Both the position numbers and the translations under genes were made by a program. Shown here in pieces: positions 1-9,748 of a stretch of DNA of 64,000 bases (within the stretch, counting starts at the first letter, position 1; each line of letters begins with the position of its first letter). The stretch spans positions 2,304,001-2,368,000 of the forward strand of contig CBDBDQ010000005.1 of the NCBI GenBank assembly GCA_965203905.1. The letters run 5' to 3'. Under the pieces are notes generated by a model that did no database searches, was not told where the DNA came from, and saw only the letters and a list, made by a program, of their open reading frames with translations. The DNA comes from Spirochaetia bacterium (lineage in GTDB: Bacteria; Spirochaetota; Spirochaetia; SZUA-6; Bin103).

Positions 1-367
1 GAGCGACGTGGACCTGTTCGTGGTCCATCGCGGCCGGCGTGCTGCCGTGTTCGAGGTATTCCTGCACGTCGCGCTGCATCTGCGGGAGCATCCGCTCGTA
101 TGTGAGTTGCAGGCGCGCAAGGTCCCGACCGAGCCGTATCCGGTGTTCCGTACCGAGACGGAGCTGGCCGATACCCCCTGGCTCCTGCTGGACATCTGCG
201 ACCACGGCATCATTCTGTTCGATCCGCGCCAGGTGCTGGCTCGCAAGCTGGCGAGTCTGCGGCTGCGGCTGCGCGAACTTGGCTCGCGCCGCGTGGAATT
301 GGCCGACGGTTCGTGGTATTGGGACCTGAAGCCCGATATGCGCCCCGGCGAGGTCATTGCTCTGTAG
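1..367 (+). CDS. Minimal nucleotidyltransferase (MNT) antitoxin, 5' partial
   Basis: Frame 2 reads SDVDLFVV (MNT DxD motif) from the window edge; lies directly upstream of a HEPN gene. Confidence 0.8.
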   Translation, partial: SDVDLFVVHRGRRAAVFEVFLHVALHLREHPLVCELQARKVPTEPYPVFRTETELADTPWLLLDICDHGIILFDPRQVLARKLASLRLRLRELGSRRVELADGSWYWDLKPDMRPGEVIAL

Positions 368-384
368 CGACGCAGCAGTTGCCA

Positions 385-864
385 ATGGACAACGGAGAGC
401 GCGGCCGCAGACTGATGGCTATGGCCGCCGAGTATCTGCAGGATATGGACGCAGCCACCGGCCGCAAGTCGTGGAACGCGGTAGTTCGCCGGGCGCAGGA
501 AGTGGTCGAGCTGGCATTGAAGGGCGTGCTCAGCTACCTGGGGGTGGACTTTCCGAAAGTGCACGACCCGGCCGCCGTGTTCATCGCTACCTTGTCCGCC
601 CGGGGCATGGCGTTGAGCGCGACGGAGGCGGAGGACGTCACCAACGTCTCGGCCACCCTGGCGCGCAAGCGGTCGCCAGCGTTCTATTTCGAGCAGATCG
701 AAGACGAGTCGACGGCCCAGGAGGCGGCGGCCGATGCGCATCGCATCCACCGGATCTGCATGCGCCTTGTCGCCGCCATCGAGTCGGAACTCCCGGAACC
801 GAATGAGCGCTCCCCCGAGGGAACGCAAGCCGACGGAGAGCCCGGAGAGTCCTCCGATGGTTGA
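385..864 (+). CDS. HEPN domain protein (MNT-HEPN TA pair)
   Basis: AQEVVELALKG...FPKVHD...RSPAFY HEPN pattern; ATG at 385. Confidence 0.85.
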   Translation: MDNGERGRRLMAMAAEYLQDMDAATGRKSWNAVVRRAQEVVELALKGVLSYLGVDFPKVHDPAAVFIATLSARGMALSATEAEDVTNVSATLARKRSPAFYFEQIEDESTAQEAAADAHRIHRICMRLVAAIESELPEPNERSPEGTQADGEPGESSDG

Positions 865-943
865 TAGCGCGCATCATCGATGGTAGCGGCGGCAAACAGT
901 CTCCTGGCAAGCTGGTGCGCAATCCGCAGGCCGAGGCAGCACG

Positions 944-1726
944 ATGAGTTCGATGAGATTTGAGGGCAAGGTCGCGCTGATAACCGGCGGCGGGTCCGGT
1001 ATCGGCCGCGCCACGGCGGTGGCGTTTGCCCGCGACGGCGCGCGCGTGGCCCTGGCCGACGCCAACCTGGCGGGGGCCGAAGAGACGGCGCACCTGGTTG
1101 CGGCTGCCGGCGGGCAGGCCATGGCACTGCACACCGACGTCGCCGACCCGGCCGCGGTCGAGGCGATGGCGCAGGCAGTGGTCGACCGGTACGGCCGCAT
1201 CGATTGTGCCTTCAACGCCGCCGGTGTGGGTGGCGAGGGCAAGACAGTCACCGAGCTGTCGTGGGAGCGCTGGCAGCGAACCATCGGCATCAATCTGAGC
1301 GGCGTGTTCCTTTGTATGCAGCAGGAGCTGCGCCACATGGTGGCCGCCGGGGGCGGTGCCATCTGCAACGTGGCCTCGATCTATGGCCTGACCGGCGGCG
1401 GCGCCGGCGGTGTCACGGGCGAACGGCAGCCGGCCTACAACGCCAGCAAGCATGGGGTGGTCGGCCTGACCAAATCAGCCGCCCTCGACTACGCCCAGGC
1501 CGGCGTCCGGATCAACGCCGTGTGCCCCGGCCACATCGAGACGCCGATGACGCACTACTACGCCGAGCACCCCGAGGCAAAGCGGCGCCTGCTGCGCAGG
1601 TATGCGGGCGGTCGCATGGGCCAACCCGATGAGGTCGCCGCCGCGGCGCTGTGGCTGTGTTCGGACGCCGCCTCGTTCGTTACGGGCACCACGATGGCGG
1701 TTGACGGCGGCTTTCTGGCTCAGTAG
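944..1726 (+). CDS. SDR family oxidoreductase
   Basis: TGGGSGIG, NAAG and YNASK motifs. Confidence 0.95.
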   Translation: MSSMRFEGKVALITGGGSGIGRATAVAFARDGARVALADANLAGAEETAHLVAAAGGQAMALHTDVADPAAVEAMAQAVVDRYGRIDCAFNAAGVGGEGKTVTELSWERWQRTIGINLSGVFLCMQQELRHMVAAGGGAICNVASIYGLTGGGAGGVTGERQPAYNASKHGVVGLTKSAALDYAQAGVRINAVCPGHIETPMTHYYAEHPEAKRRLLRRYAGGRMGQPDEVAAAALWLCSDAASFVTGTTMAVDGGFLAQ

Positions 1727-1749
1727 CAGGCGCAATCGGGCATTTCAGC

Positions 1750-1835
1750 GCTGCCTGGATATGTGGTTTCATCCGGGCGACATCCACCGGCCCCTCGGCG
1801 CGGGTGTGACTGCGTTGCCGTTCGCCGACCTGTAG
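1750..1835 (+). pseudogene. C-terminal scrap of a DUF4143/AAA ATPase
   Basis: LPGYVV / HPGDIHRPLGAGVTALPFADL* across a frameshift, resembling DUF4143 ATPase C-termini. Confidence 0.5.
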
Positions 1836-1913
1836 TCCGGGCGGGCCGTAGCCCCTCAGTGATCACTTGAGATTCTGCACCTGCATGCCGTTGTGCACGT
1901 GGATACCCGACTT

Positions 1914-1949
1914 TTACTCGATCCAGGCGGAGCCATCGACCAGGATCAC
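1914..1949 (-). pseudogene. vapC (PIN toxin) stub, 11 codons
   Basis: GTG overlaps the antitoxin stop (GTGA); reads MILVDGSAWIE*, the typical VapC N-terminus. Confidence 0.75.
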
Positions 1950-2152
1950 GGTTGGCGACGCAACTGCGCAAGCGCCTCCTGGTCCAGCTCAAGGTCCAAC
2001 CGCCCCGCGCGGCTCAGCGCCGCGTTGCGCCTCCAGGCCTTGACCGCCTCCCGAAGAGCCAACTCGATCGTTTCTCGCTTCGTGGACGTACGCAGCGCTT
2101 GCCGGGCCTCTTCGATCAGGTGGTTGTCAATCGTAACAGTTATGCGCCCCAT
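1946..2152 (-). CDS. VapB-family antitoxin
   Basis: MGRITVTIDNHLIEEARQALRTSTKRETIELALRE RHH-type antitoxin pattern. Confidence 0.8.
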   Translation of the reverse strand: MGRITVTIDNHLIEEARQALRTSTKRETIELALREAVKAWRRNAALSRAGRLDLELDQEALAQLRRQP

Positions 2153-2259
2153 CGGCATCATCAAGACATACACCAGCGATCTACGCCAACACAGACCCCT
2201 GCTGCGCTCCCGTACGCGGCGGATCTCGGCCGCGATCGCGTCGTTGTTCTTCCGGCGCG

Positions 2260-2334
2260 TCAGAGGCGGCCGACGCTGCCGCACAGCCGGGGGTCGAGCA
2301 GGTCGCGCAGCGCGTCGCCGAACATGTTGATGCT
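2260..2334 (-). repeat. Isolated 75 bp copy of the ABC permease C 3' end
   Basis: Matches 3184-3258 (3 mismatches) and 13278-13352; encodes SINMFGDALRDLLDPRLCGSVGRL*. Confidence 0.95.
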
Positions 2335-2434
2335 TGTGCGGCCTTGAACGCTTCGCCGTTAGCCATCATATTGGAAAGAGGGATGCCGAACGTTCCGGCC
2401 AGCCACCCAGGAACCGGCAACCCATAGCGGAGCA

Positions 2435-2686
2435 ATGGCTCAAGTAAGATTGGAACTACCGGACGCGGTTTGTGCCCTGCTGCAGTGTGCGCCCGGAACC
2501 CTTGACAAGGAGCTGCGACTGGCTGCTGCCGTCCAGTGGTATCAGCAGGGGCGCATATCGCAAGAGTGGGCGGCCCGGATCGCGGGAATGGATCGCACGG
2601 ATTTCATCCTGACACTTTCGCAAATGGGAGAGGACTCATTTCAGGTAGATTTCGACGACTTGGACCGCGAACTCACCCGTGGCTGA
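2435..2686 (+). CDS. UPF0175 family antitoxin
   Basis: ELRLAAAVQWYQQGRISQEWAARIAGMDRTDF motif; overlaps the PIN gene. Confidence 0.85.
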   Translation: MAQVRLELPDAVCALLQCAPGTLDKELRLAAAVQWYQQGRISQEWAARIAGMDRTDFILTLSQMGEDSFQVDFDDLDRELTRG

Positions 2687-3164
2687 TCGGGCAATAATCA
2701 GCGCGTCACCCCTGATCTTTTTTTCGCGCAGCAATCATTTGCAACTGCTTCGGACGTTCGCCGACGAGTTCTGGGTACCTGAACCGGTCGCGAACGAGGT
2801 TCTCCGCCGGGGCACGCGGGATGTCAGTGCTCGTGCCATCCATGACTCAGAGTGGCTGACCGTCCATCCGGCGGCCACGATTCCCGCGGCCATCGCTGCG
2901 TGGCGGTTGGGAGCCGGCGAAGCGAGCGTTCTGGCGCTGGCCGTCGAACATCCGGGAACCGAGGCGATAGTTGACGATCTGGCCGGCAGACGGTGTGCCG
3001 CCAGCCTGAATATCCCGGTTCGCGGAACCCTGGGAATCGTACTCGTCGCCAAGCGACGAGGGCTCATCCCGAAAGCTCGGCCCGTCATCGAGGAAATGGT
3101 GATCGCTGGTCTTCATCTCTCGCGACAGGTGATGGATGAAGCTCTACGGCGAGTGGACGAATAG
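2679..3164 (+). CDS. DUF3368 PIN-domain protein (toxin partner)
   Basis: ASPLIF...VPEPVANE...LGAGEASVLALA...DDLAGRRCA...GTLGIV. Confidence 0.85.
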   Translation: MADRAIISASPLIFFSRSNHLQLLRTFADEFWVPEPVANEVLRRGTRDVSARAIHDSEWLTVHPAATIPAAIAAWRLGAGEASVLALAVEHPGTEAIVDDLAGRRCAASLNIPVRGTLGIVLVAKRRGLIPKARPVIEEMVIAGLHLSRQVMDEALRRVDE

Positions 3165-3183
3165 GTATGGCTGCCGGCGGCGG

Positions 3184-4122
3184 TCAGAGGCGGCCGACGC
3201 TGCCGCGCAGCCTCGGGTCGAGCAGGTCGCGCAGCGCGTCGCCGAACATGTTGATGCTGTAGACCACGATGGTCAGGCACAGGCCCGGCCAGATCGCCAG
3301 CCGCGGCGCCATCTCCATGTACTGGCGCCCTTCCCGGCTCAGCATCCCGCCCCAGCTCGGCACCCCGGGCGGCAGACCGAACCCCAGAAAGCTCAAGGAC
3401 GCCTCTGCCACGATGATGCCACCGATGGTGATCGAGAAGATCACGATGATGGGCGCCATGATGTTGGGCAGCACGTGCCGCCGCAGGGTCCCGGAGATGC
3501 CCTCGCCAATCGCCTGCGCGGCCTGGAAGTAGTCGTTCTCCTTGATCCCGATCACCGCGCCGCGCACCACCCGCGAGTTGGTGATGCCGGACGATACCCC
3601 CAGAATCACGATTATCTGCAGCAGACCCTGTCCCGCGATGGACATGATCGTCAGCAACAGCAACAGACCCGGGAACGACATCCAGGCATCGACGAACCGC
3701 TGCACCAAGAGGTCCAGTTTGCCGCCGATGAACCCGGCGGTGCCGCCGATCAGCACCGCGACCACCACGTGCAGCGTGGTCGCCGCCAGGCCGACGAACA
3801 GCGAGATGCGCGCCCCGAAGATGAGCCGGCTCAGGAAGTCGCGTCCGAGCTGGTCGGTGCCCAGCGGATACTCGCCCGATGGCCCTTGCAGCCGGTCGGC
3901 CAGCGTCATCTGGTTGGGATCGTGCCCCGCCAGGGACGATGCGAAGATGCTGACCAGCACCAGCGCCAGCAACACCACCCCCCCGAACGCACCCAGGGGC
4001 TGCTCCTTGATGAACCGTCGCGGCCACCCGCCCAAAAAAAACCGGCGCTCCACGCGCTTGGTCGCGGCGGCTGTCCGTTCGGCTGCTCGCTCTTCCGTCA
4101 CTCGTTCACCCACCGGTGCCAT
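3184..4122 (-). CDS. Peptide/nickel ABC transporter permease (DppC/OppC-like), copy 1
   Basis: LGTDQLGRD, RHVLPN and EASLSFLGFG motifs; TGATG overlap with upstream permease. Confidence 0.95.
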   Translation of the reverse strand: MAPVGERVTEERAAERTAAATKRVERRFFLGGWPRRFIKEQPLGAFGGVVLLALVLVSIFASSLAGHDPNQMTLADRLQGPSGEYPLGTDQLGRDFLSRLIFGARISLFVGLAATTLHVVVAVLIGGTAGFIGGKLDLLVQRFVDAWMSFPGLLLLLTIMSIAGQGLLQIIVILGVSSGITNSRVVRGAVIGIKENDYFQAAQAIGEGISGTLRRHVLPNIMAPIIVIFSITIGGIIVAEASLSFLGFGLPPGVPSWGGMLSREGRQYMEMAPRLAIWPGLCLTIVVYSINMFGDALRDLLDPRLRGSVGRL

Positions 4123-5081
4123 CAGCGGTACCGGACCCGCGGATCCAGGACGGCGTAGATCAGGTCGACCACCAGGTTGATTGCCATCACCGCGGCCGCG
4201 AACGTCAGGTTTATGCCGGACACCACCGGGTAGTCGCGGTCGGTGAGGGCATCGAGCATGAGGCGACCGAGCCCCGGCAGGCCGAAGATGCTCTCCATGA
4301 TTACCGAGCCGCCGATCAGGATCGGCATCTGCAGGCCGATCAGCGTCACGACCGGGATCAGCGCATTCTTTATGGCGTGTCTGACGATCACGACCCGCTC
4401 CTTGAGCCCCTTCGACCAGGCGGTCCTGACGTAGTCCTGCCGGAGCACCTCCAGCATCATGGTGCGCGTCATCCGCATGGTGGCCGCGGCCAGGTAGGTC
4501 CCCAGAATCAGGCCGGGCACGATGAACACGCCGATGCTGCCCAGCGGGTCGTCGCGGAACCGCACGATGGTCAACGGCGGCGACCAGGCCCACCAGATGG
4601 CGGGAAAGGTCAGGACCAAGGTTGCCAGCCAGAAGTTGGGGGTCGCCAGGCCGATGATGGCGACCGATCGCCCGACGTAGTCGGCGGCCGTATTGCGGCG
4701 CATCGCCGAGTAGATGCCGACCGGCAGCCCGATCAGCAGCCCGATCACGATCGCCAACACTCCCAGCTCAAGAGTTGCCGGCAACCTGGCGAGTATCTTC
4801 TCCTCGACCCGCCAGGAGCCCAGGAGGGAGTTGCCCAACGTGCCGTGCAGGAAGATGTCCCCCAGCCAGCGTCCATACTGCACGTAGATCGGCCGGTCGA
4901 GCCCCAATATCCGCTGGAACGCGGCATGGTCGATATCACCACCACCCATCCATTGCATTTGAGCCATCAGCGCATCCACCGCATCGCCGGGTATGAAGCG
5001 CACCGACAGGAATACCAGCATCGACAGCAGCAGGAAGGTGGGTATCAGCAGCAGAATGCGGCGGATGACATACGCTCTCAT
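4122..5081 (-). CDS. Peptide/nickel ABC transporter permease (DppB/OppB-like), copy 1
   Basis: MRAYVIRR...PGD...LRQDYVRTAWSKGL...LDPRVRY. Confidence 0.95.
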   Translation of the reverse strand: MRAYVIRRILLLIPTFLLLSMLVFLSVRFIPGDAVDALMAQMQWMGGGDIDHAAFQRILGLDRPIYVQYGRWLGDIFLHGTLGNSLLGSWRVEEKILARLPATLELGVLAIVIGLLIGLPVGIYSAMRRNTAADYVGRSVAIIGLATPNFWLATLVLTFPAIWWAWSPPLTIVRFRDDPLGSIGVFIVPGLILGTYLAAATMRMTRTMMLEVLRQDYVRTAWSKGLKERVVIVRHAIKNALIPVVTLIGLQMPILIGGSVIMESIFGLPGLGRLMLDALTDRDYPVVSGINLTFAAAVMAINLVVDLIYAVLDPRVRYR

Positions 5082-5096
5082 ATCGTCGTGATAAAT

Positions 5097-5128
5097 GGGC
5101 GCCGGGAAGCTCGAGGCTCCCGGCGCCC
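5097..5128 (-). terminator. Intercistronic hairpin after the binding-protein gene
   Basis: gggcgccggga...tcccggcgccc; the paralog at 15184-15213 has a compensatory change (ggcaccggga...tcccggtgcc). Confidence 0.7.
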
Positions 5129-5159
5129 TTCTCTGCAGGCGGAACGAGCGATAAAACGC

Positions 5160-6944
5160 CTAGAAGCCCATCTCCCGCTTCAGATCCTGGTCGATCCAGA
5201 CCCGAGTCATAACGGTAGAATAGTGGCCATTCTTGGACAGACTGACCTCACCGTTGTAACCCTTGACCCACGGCTGCGCGACGTTGAACTGTGGGCTCAG
5301 TGGACCGGTAAGCGTCCACTGCAGTTCCAGCAGGCGCAGATTGACCGCCTTTGCCCACCGATTGGACTCCTCGAGCGTGGCAGCCGTGCTGGCGCGTTCC
5401 CAGGATTCATCAACCTCCGCGTCGCTCCCATTGGCCCCGTTCCAAATATGTCCCGTGGTGAATCTCGCAATGCCATTCCGCGGTTCATACGTGATAGCCG
5501 AGACCGACATGAGCATCCCGTCCGACGTATTGTCTCTCGTTAGCGCAGTGGATTGCGTAGCGTCCACCGTATGGATGGCGACTTCCACGCCAATCTCACG
5601 CCAGTAGTTGGCGATCAGTTCCGCGTAGCTCATATCGGCGCGAATATCGTAGTCCAAACGGGTCTCGAAGCCATCGGGATAGCCCGCCTCGGCCAGAAGC
5701 TGCTTCGCCCCTTCCGGGTCATACCGGTAGTATGGCTTGATCTCTTCGGGCCACTCTTCGAATGGCGTGCCGACGCCCATCTTGGAATTTGCCATCACTC
5801 CGTTCGGAGTCGGATTGCCGAAACCGCTGAAGAAAGTCTCGTTGATCGTCTCCAGATCCAGCGCCATCTGCATCGCCCGGCGCACGCGGACGTCGTTGAA
5901 GGGCGGGTTCTGCACGTTGTTGAAGATGAACCCGGTGCCGGCCCGAAACTCGAAGTTCCACATGTTGATCTCGGGATTCCTCTCCTGCAGGCTCTTCAAC
6001 TGATCGATCGACCTGATTTGAGAGTCGCCGGCAGTACCCAGCACATCGATCTTGCCCGAGCGCAGCGCCGCCAGCCGCGCCGCCATATTGGGCAGGATGA
6101 CGGCGTTGATCTCATCGACGTAGGGCAAGCGGTTCTGCGGAAACTTCTCATCGAACCCCCAGTAGTCGGAAACCCTGGTCCATTTCATGGAGGCGCCTTC
6201 GACCACGTCCGCGAGTTCCATCGGTCCCGTGCCAACCAGGTTCCGCCAATCCGTGATGTCGCCGTGTTCCCTGATCACCTCCGGCGGGTAGACCCAGGAA
6301 ACCCACTCGTCAAAAACCCTGGGCAGGGCTTCGACGTCCGGCCTCGACAGCTTGAAGACGACCGTGCGGTCGTCGGTGGCCGTGACCGATTCCAGGAATT
6401 CCTCTACCCCACCGGCCACGGTGCTGGCTTCGGTGAAGCCGCTGCCCAGCCCATAGAGCCGGTGGTAGTTGAATTCGACGTCGCTGGCGGTCAGCTCCCG
6501 ACCGTTCATCGGCGCCTTGTCGTGCCAGTGAACGCCGGAGCGGATGTGGGCGATGATCGTGGTCGCGTCGGGCGTCTCCCAGCGTTCCGCCAGCGCCCCG
6601 GTGAACACGGACCAGGGCAGGTCGTAGGTCCGCAGGTCGTTTACGCTCCGGTCGTACGCCCAATCCACGATGACCAGCTTCTCGACCACCTCGCTGACGT
6701 AGTGGGTGGCCCAGCCGCCGATGAACCAGGCATCCGTATGCTCGCCATAGTTGGGCCGGCCATAGGTGACGCTCCCGCCGTACTGCGGCGCCTCCACCAT
6801 CTCGCCGGTGGATGGGTCGAGCACCATCTCTTTTTCCATCGCCGCGGCCGGCTCCTCGTCTGCCGCAGCCGCCCAGAGGCCGGTTGCGGCCAAGCTGAGC
6901 ACGAGCACAAACACCAAGGTGTGTGCACCTCTTGAAAGAGTCAT
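5160..6944 (-). CDS. ABC transporter solute-binding protein, family 5, copy 1
   Basis: GGAGG RBS before ATG 6944; signal peptide; LAERWE, VGTGP, DVRVRRAMQMALD and AKQLLAEAGYPDG. Confidence 0.95.
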   Translation of the reverse strand: MTLSRGAHTLVFVLVLSLAATGLWAAAADEEPAAAMEKEMVLDPSTGEMVEAPQYGGSVTYGRPNYGEHTDAWFIGGWATHYVSEVVEKLVIVDWAYDRSVNDLRTYDLPWSVFTGALAERWETPDATTIIAHIRSGVHWHDKAPMNGRELTASDVEFNYHRLYGLGSGFTEASTVAGGVEEFLESVTATDDRTVVFKLSRPDVEALPRVFDEWVSWVYPPEVIREHGDITDWRNLVGTGPMELADVVEGASMKWTRVSDYWGFDEKFPQNRLPYVDEINAVILPNMAARLAALRSGKIDVLGTAGDSQIRSIDQLKSLQERNPEINMWNFEFRAGTGFIFNNVQNPPFNDVRVRRAMQMALDLETINETFFSGFGNPTPNGVMANSKMGVGTPFEEWPEEIKPYYRYDPEGAKQLLAEAGYPDGFETRLDYDIRADMSYAELIANYWREIGVEVAIHTVDATQSTALTRDNTSDGMLMSVSAITYEPRNGIARFTTGHIWNGANGSDAEVDESWERASTAATLEESNRWAKAVNLRLLELQWTLTGPLSPQFNVAQPWVKGYNGEVSLSKNGHYSTVMTRVWIDQDLKREMGF

Positions 6945-6984
6945 ATCGATCTCTCCTCCATAGTCCGATGTTGAGAGTTCTGCC

Positions 6985-7325
6985 GGCGAGTTGCCCTTCG
7001 CTGCCACTCTCGCGCCCGCAACGCAGGCGGCCAGACAGAGAGGGCAATCTCTGGTGGTCACGCGCGCGGCATGAGCGTCACGAACTCAGGCCGCGCGCGT
7101 GGTGCGGTTCTTTGAGTATCAGCTTGCAGCTCCCTGTTGCACGGATTTGCGGAGTTCGACGCCGAGCGCGAGGCCGCGAGGCCGCGCGCTCGGCGCGCGC
7201 AGTGTGGCGGTTGTCCCGGTAGTTCACGGAGTGGGCTGGTAAGTGACGGAGTGCTGCCGCAGGCGCAGGGCGGGCGTACACGGAGGTGCGGCGCACGCCG
7301 CCCGGTTGGCCGAAGCGGTTAGTTA
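6985..7325 (-). ncRNA. Candidate structured 5' leader RNA, copy 1 (interrupted upstream by IS110)
   Basis: Non-coding, highly similar to 17070-17375; perfect 12 bp stem 7059-7070/7090-7101 and stem 6988-6997/7041-7051. Confidence 0.5.
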
Positions 7326-7551
7326 TTTCTCGGGTGAATGGAGAGTCAGGTGTTGTGCCCGCCCCGGGGGGGACTCCTCACCATTTGTCAAGGCGAGTTT
7401 TCGGTCGCTGGAGCATGAGGGCAGGTACCTTGCGGCCACCCGGAGGGATTAGATAAAACGGCGGCGGTAAAGGGGGAGGGGTGCGGGGAGGGGGTGTCGT
7501 GGCGCTGTGGATATGTGGATAAGTCCGAGGCGTCGCCGAGTGGTCAGTGGC

Positions 7552-7596
7552 TGCGTATTCCGGTGACAAGCCACCCATTCCGGGAAAGAGCCACCG
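7552..7596. mobile_element. IS21-like terminal sequence
   Basis: TGCGTATTCC start followed by internal repeats ATTCCGGnnAnnAGCCACC x2, downstream of istB. Confidence 0.55.
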
Positions 7597-7922
7597 GGGA
7601 GTGGTCCGATCCTGTGACAGTGAGTACAGCGGGGTGGCCTTTTTGAATCAATCTGACGGTGCGTGCAAAGGGAGTTCGGAGCGGGTAACGGCGTTCCGGC
7701 CAGAGTGTCCCTGGGTGGCCTGTTCGGGGGTGCCTGGGTACACCAACTTGGCTGAGGAAACTGCATCGACGGTGCTCGGATCTGCGTAAGCGACGCCGTG
7801 ATGTGCCGGAGGGTGCCACGTCGTCGACGGAGCGCCGGTGTCGGATTGTTGTTCGAGGTTCCGGGAGCAGGCGTGGCGAATCGCGCGGGGCCAGCGGTGC
7901 GGGTATAGCGCTGGGAACGGCG

Positions 7923-8810
7923 TTGACGGGCACTATTCTGATTTTCGGGGGTACTTGAGGTACCCCCGCAGGTTTGGAAGGGCCTCTGAGGGCCGCTGAG
8001 CGGCCGACTCTGACGCCGAGCGGCCCGCTGACGGCCAGGCGGCGGTGCCTGACGACCGTGGAGCGGGCCGAATGCCGAGATCGTGGGCGCGATGGTGCGC
8101 ATGCCGCCGCCGCTGCCGCGACCTCGACCGGTGGTCCGGCGGCCGGCAGCGGCAGTCGGCTCGGAACAGCAACCCGACGACTGCACGCAGGTTGCCTCGA
8201 GTGCAGTCCATGCGGACGCCGGAGCGGCGGACCGCGCGCGGTCGGCGACGCTGAGAAAGGGCGTTTGACGGGCACTATTCTGATTTCCGGGGGTACCCTG
8301 GAGTACCCCCGCGGGTTCGGAAGGCCCTCTGAGGGCCGCTGAGCGGCCGACTCTGACGCCGAGCGGCCCGCTGGCGGTCAGGCGGCGTCGCCTGACGACC
8401 GTGGAGGAATACGAATGCCCGAGGTCGCGGGCGCGACGGTGCGCATGCCGCCGCCGCTGGCGCGAACTCGACCGGTGGTCCGGCGGCCGGCAGCGGCAGT
8501 CGGCTCGGAACAGCAACCCGACGACTGCACGCGGGTTGCCTCGAGTGCAGTCCATGCGGACGCCGGAGCGGCGGACCGCGCGCAGTCGGCGACGCTGAGA
8601 AAGGCGTTTGACGGGCACTATTCTGATTTCCGGGGGTACCCTGGAGTACCCCCGCGGGTTCGGAAGGCCCTCTGAGAGCCGCTGAGAGACCGACTCTGAC
8701 GCCGAGGGGTCTGCTGACGGCCAGGCAGCGGTGCCTGACGGCCATGGAGGGGTCCGAATGCCGAGATCGCCGGCGCGACGGTGCGCATGCCGCCGCCGCC
8801 GCGAACTCGT
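7923..8810. repeat. Tandem array of ~343 bp hairpin-rich units (about 2.6 copies)
   Basis: ttgacgggcactattctg recurs at 7923, 8265 and 8608. Confidence 0.95.
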
Positions 8811-8878
8811 GGTGGCAACCCCGGAGCGCCGCGCGTAGCAGTAACGCGCCCGCCGCGCTCGGGGCGCCGGGCGGGGCG

Positions 8879-9639
8879 CTAGCCCAGCCGCTCGGTTGTA
8901 TCCCGGTGGGCACGCTCGGCATACAGCTTGCGCACCGAATTTCCTTCCAGGTTGATGCGGTGGGCGCCGTGCACGATGCGATCACAGATCGCGTCGGCGA
9001 TGGTGGGCTCGCCGATCACCTCATGCCAGGACGACACCGGCAGCTGCCAGACCATCAGGGTCGAGGCTCGACCGTGGCGATCTTCGAGCATCTCCAGCCG
9101 CCACAGCCGCGCCAGTGCATCCAGCGGCTCCAGGGCAAAGTCGTCGATTAGATGATGATCAGTGCCTGCTTGCTGATCTTCTCCAGTTCGCGCACGTAGC
9201 TGCCGTCAGCCTTGGCCAGACGCAGTTGCCCGAACAGCCGCGAGGACGCATGGTAGCCGACCCGGAACCCGCGCAGACACGCCTGATGGCCCAGCGCGGA
9301 GGCGAGGAAGCTCTTCCCGGAACCGCATTTGCCGGTGATGATCAGGTCCTGGTGGTGCTGCACCCAGCGGCAGTCGGCCAGGCGCAGCAACTGGTTCTGG
9401 TCCAGGTTGCGGCGCAGCGAGAAGTCTACCTCCTCGATGGCGGCCGGGTAGCGAAAGCGGGCCGCCTTCAGCAGCCGCCGCAGCCGCCGCGCATGGCTCC
9501 CACTCGGCATCCACCAAGTGGGCCAGCAACTCGTCGGCGCTGCACTGGCCTGGGTCTCCAGGCTGGTGCGCAGCGCCCGCGCCATGCCGTGCAGGCGCAT
9601 CTGGTCGAGTTGGTCGAGGGTGGCCTGGTTATTGGTCAT
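8879..9639 (-). pseudogene. istB: IS21 helper ATPase istB, frameshifted; istA absent
   Basis: MRLHGMA, GKCGSGKS Walker A, DDFALE and TIADAICDRIVHGAHRINLEGNSVRK spread over several frames. Confidence 0.9.
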
Positions 9640-9748
9640 CGTCGCGATAGCCCTCCGAGGACCAAGTCTCGGCGTATCCGGTGGTGGCAGGCTACCGGAT
9701 CGAACCCGTTGTTCGCGCTATCACAGTCTCATCTGACCTGCCCCTCGA

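Noticed and set aside
3184-4593. 469 aa extended permease and 633 aa extended binding proteins
   Set aside because: The extensions overlap the upstream gene or leader; RBS and TGATG coupling support the shorter starts
7100-7160. c-di-GMP-I riboswitch (GCAAATCC..GCAA..GGGAG)
   Set aside because: Superficial resemblance only; the second copy reads GGAAATCC and the P3/3' consensus is missing
7506-7523. DnaA boxes / replication origin (TGTGGATAT, TGTGGATAA)
   Set aside because: Only two boxes, inside a mobile element, with no AT-rich unwinding region or dnaA context
7923-8810. CRISPR array
   Set aside because: Units are ~343 bp and near-identical throughout; there are no unique spacers and no cas genes
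7449-8985. ORFs spanning the tandem array
   Set aside because: Low-complexity Arg/Pro/Ala translations that change frame between repeat units
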